Assembly: GCA_037129895.1 (NCBI GenBank)
Contig: JBAXUB010000004.1
Location: 60 to 64,059 of the forward strand
From: Candidatus Tayloriibacteriota bacterium
GTDB taxonomy: Bacteria > Patescibacteriota > Minisyncoccia > Phycocordibacterales > PALSA-1337
Length of the DNA: 64,000 nt
Direction of reading: 5' to 3'
The notes beneath the pieces were generated by a model. It saw only the letters and a program-made list of their open reading frames with translations, was not told the DNA's origin and made no database searches. This document shows, one piece after another, positions 58,843 to 64,000 of this stretch. Numbering within the stretch: position 1 is the stretch's first letter; every line of letters starts with the position of its first letter. The position numbers and the translations under genes were made by a program.

Positions 58843-59790
58843 TTACTTGTTTAAATCGAAGAATCTCTTTTTGTCCTCATTTATCAGTTTTTTCCAAAAA
58901 TCCATGTGTAAGGCGTCCCATTTTGCTTTCTTAATAAAGTTATCATATCTGCGTGCTAGATCGAACTCAGTTAATCCATCCAGCTCGTTCCATTCCTTGA
59001 TTATCCATATGGGAAGTCCTATAGATTCGAAGTATCTCATTGCAACGGAATCTTTGACTATAGGAACAGTACGTACGTACAAAGCCTCCCATGTTCTACA
59101 GCTTTCAATAGCGTTGCCAGGTGGAGAAAAAACAAATTTATATGTCATAAGTTTACGTATGTGCAGAGTCGGTGGAAGCATTTCTGTGAATGTTTCCATG
59201 AGGGGGTGTTGGTTACAATATCTATGGGCTGGTCCACGGACACTGGGATTGGTATGGATGCTGAACCTATAGAGTATATTATTCTTTTTAAAGGGCACAT
59301 ATTTTATCGCTTTCTTTTGTATCATATTGTATACGCTAGGTATGCCATTCATATAGTAGTACCAATTCTCAAGTGCAATAGGTATCGGTGTAATTTTCTC
59401 GTGTTTATAAATATTGTCTTGTGCATAAAAACGGATAATATTTTCATCCAACAAGTCAGCAACCTCTTTGCCAACATCATTGTCTCCGTTATGTTCTATC
59501 AATATGTATGGATTTTTGATTTTAGGGTGGATATTTTTTAGGTATGCCAATAATAGGGGATTACTGACGAAAATGATCTCACCCGGGTTCACATGACTAG
59601 GGTCGAAGGTGATAGTCTCGTCGTGTATATGATTTGCCAATGCTCGATATGAATCACCGCTCGGATAAGGATAACTACTCGGTCGGTTATTCTTCGTAAG
59701 TTTCGAATATAAACGAAATAGGAGCCTTCTGGCTCTGAGTTGGTGTTTGAAGACAAAAACGATCAGCCTGTTTGTGGTTTTGGTTTCCAT
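58843..59790 (-). CDS. Exostosin-like glycosyltransferase
   Basis: FVFSPPGNAIESCRTWEALY..VPIV. Confidence 0.65.
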   Translation of the reverse strand: METKTTNRLIVFVFKHQLRARRLLFRLYSKLTKNNRPSSYPYPSGDSYRALANHIHDETITFDPSHVNPGEIIFVSNPLLLAYLKNIHPKIKNPYILIEHNGDNDVGKEVADLLDENIIRFYAQDNIYKHEKITPIPIALENWYYYMNGIPSVYNMIQKKAIKYVPFKKNNILYRFSIHTNPSVRGPAHRYCNQHPLMETFTEMLPPTLHIRKLMTYKFVFSPPGNAIESCRTWEALYVRTVPIVKDSVAMRYFESIGLPIWIIKEWNELDGLTEFDLARRYDNFIKKAKWDALHMDFWKKLINEDKKRFFDLNK

Positions 59791-59832
59791 GTCGGCTAAG
59801 TATAGAATATTTATATAGTTTTATCCACATAT

Positions 59833-61872
59833 TTGGACTTGATAAAGAGAGATTATCGATGTAGTATGCCATGTTATATGATTTCCAAGTCCCAAAAAAC
59901 TGATCGGCTCGCAAAGGGTGTTGTACTGATTGGGACCAGTCGGTTTGGGATCAACCATTTAAGGATTTTAAAGACGCTGGAAAAAGAGGGTATGGTCACT
60001 ATTGTCGGGGTTGTTGTAAGGAATAAGAAGAAAAGTTTACAGATAAGGAGTCAATTTGATGTATTAACATATGGAGATCTCGAAGAAATTCCGTGGGCAG
60101 AAGTAGATATCATAGATATAGTTACTCCACCAGAGACACATTTTGATTTGATAAAAAAATGCATAGATAAAGTTGATGTTATAGTAGAGAAACCACTTTG
60201 TATGACCAGTAAAGAGGCACATTTGTTGGAAAGTTTGTCAATTAAAAATAATCATAAGATATTTGTAGGTCACATATTTCGATATCATCCCGTCTCTATC
60301 AAACTGAAGGCATTGTTCAAAGACAAGGAGATGCCGCATAAAATTGTCGGTACGTTCGTAAACACTATAGATACTGATCGGGGAAGAGAACCTTCTTTAG
60401 AACTGTTACATTTTTTTGACGTGGTTGATTTTGTCTGGGGCAGGACTCCAATTGTAGTTAGTTCGCGAAGCGAATCGAGAGTATCTATTGTGGATCATAG
60501 ATATTCTGTCGGACATGATGCGAGATATATTCTTGGATGGAAAGGAATAGAGAAGATAAGGTCTTTGGTGTGTAAATTTGAAGGATTTATATTAAAGGCT
60601 GATTACGTCAAGAATATTATTGAAGTTATAAAGGGTGAGTCAATGAAAACATATGATTGTAGGATTGAGATTGAACCGTTGTATTTGGAACTTAAGGACT
60701 TTATTTTAAATGGTAGGACGAATATCGATGTAGCCACAAGAATTATTGTAATTGCCGAGATGTCTATACCTAGAACTGTGAAGAAGTTATCTGTAGCAAT
60801 ACTGGGTGGAGGAATATTTGGAACTTGCATAGCCGCAGAATTAGGAAAATTTTGTGAGGTTGATCTTTTTGAAAAAAATTCTGATTTGATGCAAGAGGGG
60901 TCATTTGTGAATCAATTCCGACATCACAAGGGGTATCATTATCCTCGTAGTGATGAAACGGTTCTAGATATCCAGCAATCTAGTAATGATTTTGAGAAGG
61001 TTTTCAAAAAGGCTATCATTGACACTTCGAAGACATATTATGGCCTTGCTAAGCACGGATCTATGGTAAATGCTAAACAGTTTTTAGCTTTTTGTCGAAG
61101 ACATAGGTTGCCTTATAAGAAGGCTTTTCCACCGAAAGAGATGTTGTCTAGAGAGGTGATGGACTTATCTATCGAAGTACCTGAACCGAATTATCACCAT
61201 GCGATAATGAAAACATTGGTAAAATCTAGATTGGCTAATGTTCCTGCCGTGAAAGTTTTATATGACACACTAGTGACAGGGTGTCGTTTGGACTCTAGTG
61301 GTAAAAAAGATATATCGTTTAAGCGAAGAGGTCATGAGAAGAAGAAAAGTTTTGATATAGTTATAAATGCTACATACGCTAATTTGAACAGGTTCGCTGA
61401 TTGGGTTGGTTTCGATAAGTATCCAATACGGGTTGATCTGGCAGAAGTATTGATTGTTAGGTTGCCAATAGAACCTTTGTCTATAACGGTTATCGATGGT
61501 CCATTTGCGACACTCATGCCTACAGGGAACCCTAATGAATTTACTTTGTATCATGTTAAGGAATCAATAATAGATCGATATGTGCCGACGGACGGCCTAG
61601 TGAAAAAAATTGGACCAGGAAAAACACGACAGCAAATAATATTTGATGAAAGTTTGAAATTGTTTCCAATATTAAAAAGAGCAGAGATTGTTGAATCAAG
61701 AATTGTTCACAGAGGAGTTCAGGCATATCATGAGCATGATGATTCTAGGGTGGCCGATATTATAGAACACGGTTTTGGTTGCTGGTCTATTCTGAGTGGC
61801 AAAATATTGAGTTCAGTAACTACAGCGAAGAAATTAGCTAAAACAATTAAGCAGATGGCCGAAAAATCTTGA
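59833..61872 (+). CDS. Gfo/Idh/MocA oxidoreductase fused to an FAD-dependent oxidoreductase (start likely slightly downstream)
   Basis: VTPPETH, VEKP, VGHIFRY, then ILGGGIFG and HKGYHYPRS. Confidence 0.8.
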   Translation: MDLIKRDYRCSMPCYMISKSQKTDRLAKGVVLIGTSRFGINHLRILKTLEKEGMVTIVGVVVRNKKKSLQIRSQFDVLTYGDLEEIPWAEVDIIDIVTPPETHFDLIKKCIDKVDVIVEKPLCMTSKEAHLLESLSIKNNHKIFVGHIFRYHPVSIKLKALFKDKEMPHKIVGTFVNTIDTDRGREPSLELLHFFDVVDFVWGRTPIVVSSRSESRVSIVDHRYSVGHDARYILGWKGIEKIRSLVCKFEGFILKADYVKNIIEVIKGESMKTYDCRIEIEPLYLELKDFILNGRTNIDVATRIIVIAEMSIPRTVKKLSVAILGGGIFGTCIAAELGKFCEVDLFEKNSDLMQEGSFVNQFRHHKGYHYPRSDETVLDIQQSSNDFEKVFKKAIIDTSKTYYGLAKHGSMVNAKQFLAFCRRHRLPYKKAFPPKEMLSREVMDLSIEVPEPNYHHAIMKTLVKSRLANVPAVKVLYDTLVTGCRLDSSGKKDISFKRRGHEKKKSFDIVINATYANLNRFADWVGFDKYPIRVDLAEVLIVRLPIEPLSITVIDGPFATLMPTGNPNEFTLYHVKESIIDRYVPTDGLVKKIGPGKTRQQIIFDESLKLFPILKRAEIVESRIVHRGVQAYHEHDDSRVADIIEHGFGCWSILSGKILSSVTTAKKLAKTIKQMAEKS

Positions 61873-63382
61873 ATGCGAAGGTTTTTATTGAAATCTCATC
61901 CTCTTTTTCAAAAAAACCTAGTAACCAATATATAAGGATATACATTATTCCTGTAAGGGCGCTTGCGATAAGTAGTGAGAAGAGATTGTGAATTGTGTAT
62001 ACCGTCAAATAATGCGATATAAGAAATACTATTAGTGAGACGGCAATATTTCCGGAGATCATATGGAGATAGTATCTTTTCCGATTAGATAATTTTAAAT
62101 AATGCTTTTCTGTAAAGTAAAACATGAATGCTACTGGAAGTAATGAAAGCAGGTAGGCGTATGCTGCTCCTTTTATTCCGGCCATAGGTAAAAAAATTAT
62201 GAGTAATATGGTATTAAATACAGCCATTGTAATAGAAATTGTAGTCAAGAATTTTAGCTTTCCTAATCCGAGTAGAAAACTCGATAATGGGCCAGACAAT
62301 GCTAGGATGAAGTTTGTGACCGCCAGCACAACCAATACAGTCGTGGCCTTTTCCGCAAAATCAGGAGATATCCAATAAGTAAGTATTTCTTTTGCAAATG
62401 AAATAGTCGTTACTGTTATGGCTGCAGAAATGACAGTTATCAGTCGAAAGGAGCGTATATATAACTGTTTAATTTTCTCTGTCTCTCCAAGCCCGTTCAA
62501 ACTGGAAGTCATTGGAAACATTATCGTAGACAGGCTATTTGCAACACCAGGAATCCTAGTTGTGATATTTCCGGGCAGACTATAATAGGTTAGGTTGGAC
62601 GGGCCCAGGAAGAATGGCATTATTAGTCTGTCGAGATAAGTGAGTGAAGTTGTTGCGATATTGTTTGTAAAGGTTACTAGGCCAAATTTGTAGCATTTAA
62701 TTGCTTCAGCAGTATCCCATGAAAGTTTATAGTTGGCCTCGGGTAAAATTTTATGTATGATTGATTTTTGAACAAAAAATGATATCACGGTTATGAATAA
62801 TATGGTGACAAATATTGAGTTGATTGAATATCCAAGTAATATGAGAGTCAATATGGATAATTGCTGGATAGTCAGGGTAATGATGCCAATCTTTGAACTA
62901 ATATCGAATCTTTGTAGGGAAGTAAATGAAAGTGAGTATATAGAGGTAATAGAGGTAATGAAAAATAGAATTCCTGCAGCGATTATGCCGATCCTGTATG
63001 GCTGGACTTCAATATACAGACTATTGACTATTGGTATAGAAGCTCCAAATATAAATATCAATGCACCCACCAAGCCGATGACAAAGAAAATAATCTTAGA
63101 TGTTGAAATCAATGTTTTAGTCTTTTCACGTTCCCCTTTGGCATGATATTCGGCCAGATATTTGCTAACTGCGGCTGAGAGGCCAAAATCAATAAGCCCA
63201 AGGACACTAATTCCGGTATTAATAAACGTGTAAATACCAAAAATTCTGATACCCATTGAGTGCACTACTAGAGGGGTGATGAATATGGCAAAACATATTG
63301 GCCAAACGAACCCCAATACGCTCCAAGAAATGTTCGTAAGTGCTCGGTGAGAAGTATATTCCATTACACGTAACTCTACCAT
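61847..63382 (-). CDS. Wzx-type polysaccharide flippase (MOP superfamily)
   Basis: Many TM helices, DFGLS, DRLI..FLG...YY, GAAYA. Confidence 0.88.
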   Translation of the reverse strand: MVELRVMEYTSHRALTNISWSVLGFVWPICFAIFITPLVVHSMGIRIFGIYTFINTGISVLGLIDFGLSAAVSKYLAEYHAKGEREKTKTLISTSKIIFFVIGLVGALIFIFGASIPIVNSLYIEVQPYRIGIIAAGILFFITSITSIYSLSFTSLQRFDISSKIGIITLTIQQLSILTLILLGYSINSIFVTILFITVISFFVQKSIIHKILPEANYKLSWDTAEAIKCYKFGLVTFTNNIATTSLTYLDRLIMPFFLGPSNLTYYSLPGNITTRIPGVANSLSTIMFPMTSSLNGLGETEKIKQLYIRSFRLITVISAAITVTTISFAKEILTYWISPDFAEKATTVLVVLAVTNFILALSGPLSSFLLGLGKLKFLTTISITMAVFNTILLIIFLPMAGIKGAAYAYLLSLLPVAFMFYFTEKHYLKLSNRKRYYLHMISGNIAVSLIVFLISHYLTVYTIHNLFSLLIASALTGIMYILIYWLLGFFEKEDEISIKTFAFKIFRPSA

Positions 63383-63479
63383 GACTTTGACTTCCTGTTG
63401 AGTATTTACTCATTATTCAGTATGATGTATAAATTCTACTATTAATAATTAATAAAGTGAGTTAAATAACATACCTACC

Positions 63480-64000
63480 ATGTCCATAAAAAAGATCGCT
63501 CATTACACATCCATTGTCGCCCTATTCCTCGTCCCATTATTTCCACTCATCATCGCTAACACATATTTCTTCCCATTCATAACAGGGAAGGCGTTCTATT
63601 TTCGAATACTCGTGGAGATAGCATTTGCCGCATGGATCATCCTTGCTTTCCTCGATGCAAAATATAGGCCGAAGCTTACAGCGATGAATGTTGCCGTCAC
63701 TCTATTCGCTGTCATTGCTCTCGTCGCAGATCTACTCGGGGTAAATCCTATACGCAGTATGTGGTCCAATTTCGAGCGTATGGAGGGTTGGATAACAGTT
63801 ATACATCTATGGGCATTCTACATAACCGCTTCATCTCTCTTTGGATCTGGAGCAGAGGCGAGGAAGTTGTGGCATCGATGGTTGAATGTAACCACGGTGG
63901 TTGCGACCTTCATCTCTCTGTATGGTCTAGGTCAACTATTTGGCTGGTTCGCTATCCATCAATCCGCTGCTCGTCTCGATGCTACTATAGGTAACGCCGC
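63480..64000 (+). CDS. O-antigen ligase-family membrane protein (runs off the window end; absent from the ORF track)
   Basis: Translated from ATG 63480: MSIKKIAHY..FFPFITGKAFYFRILVEI..WSNFERMEG..RLDATIGN. Confidence 0.75.
   Translation, partial: MSIKKIAHYTSIVALFLVPLFPLIIANTYFFPFITGKAFYFRILVEIAFAAWIILAFLDAKYRPKLTAMNVAVTLFAVIALVADLLGVNPIRSMWSNFERMEGWITVIHLWAFYITASSLFGSGAEARKLWHRWLNVTTVVATFISLYGLGQLFGWFAIHQSAARLDATIGNA

Overview
The window looks like a Patescibacteria/CPR (Parcubacteria-like) chromosome segment using the standard code, with TGA as a stop. The taxonomic call is an inference from gene content and r-protein extensions. From left to right it holds: tRNA-3'-end-derived repeats, a membrane beta-propeller gene and a Bro-N gene; a pilin and alr; two paralogous promoter-leader-small ORF-secreted protein-terminator cassettes bounded by REP-like palindromes; tuf and the S10/spc cluster, which stops after rplE; a diversity-generating retroelement (DGR) island; tRNA-Leu and tRNA-Ile; a second Bro-N gene; pyk, NYN, RadC and a HigBA-like TA pair; an atypical cell-wall peptide cluster (MurD-like, PLP enzyme, LysW-like, Mur ligase, ATE-like transferase, MraY, NlpC/P60, ATP-grasp); rsmI; a T4SS-coupling-type ATPase; and a methyltransferase-rich surface glycan locus. 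The main highlight is the DGR (TR 22042-22165, inverted avd, RT). It targets the C-terminus of a MoxR-type AAA+ ATPase and of a second small protein, and a HExxH-VWA gene sits inside the cassette. Both variable regions are identical and both carry an in-frame TGA caused by the only non-adenine TR/VR mismatch, which retrohoming should repair. Other highlights are a Planctomycete-like switch-I region in EF-Tu and several covarying structured repeat families. All calls are from motif recognition by eye; no searches were run.
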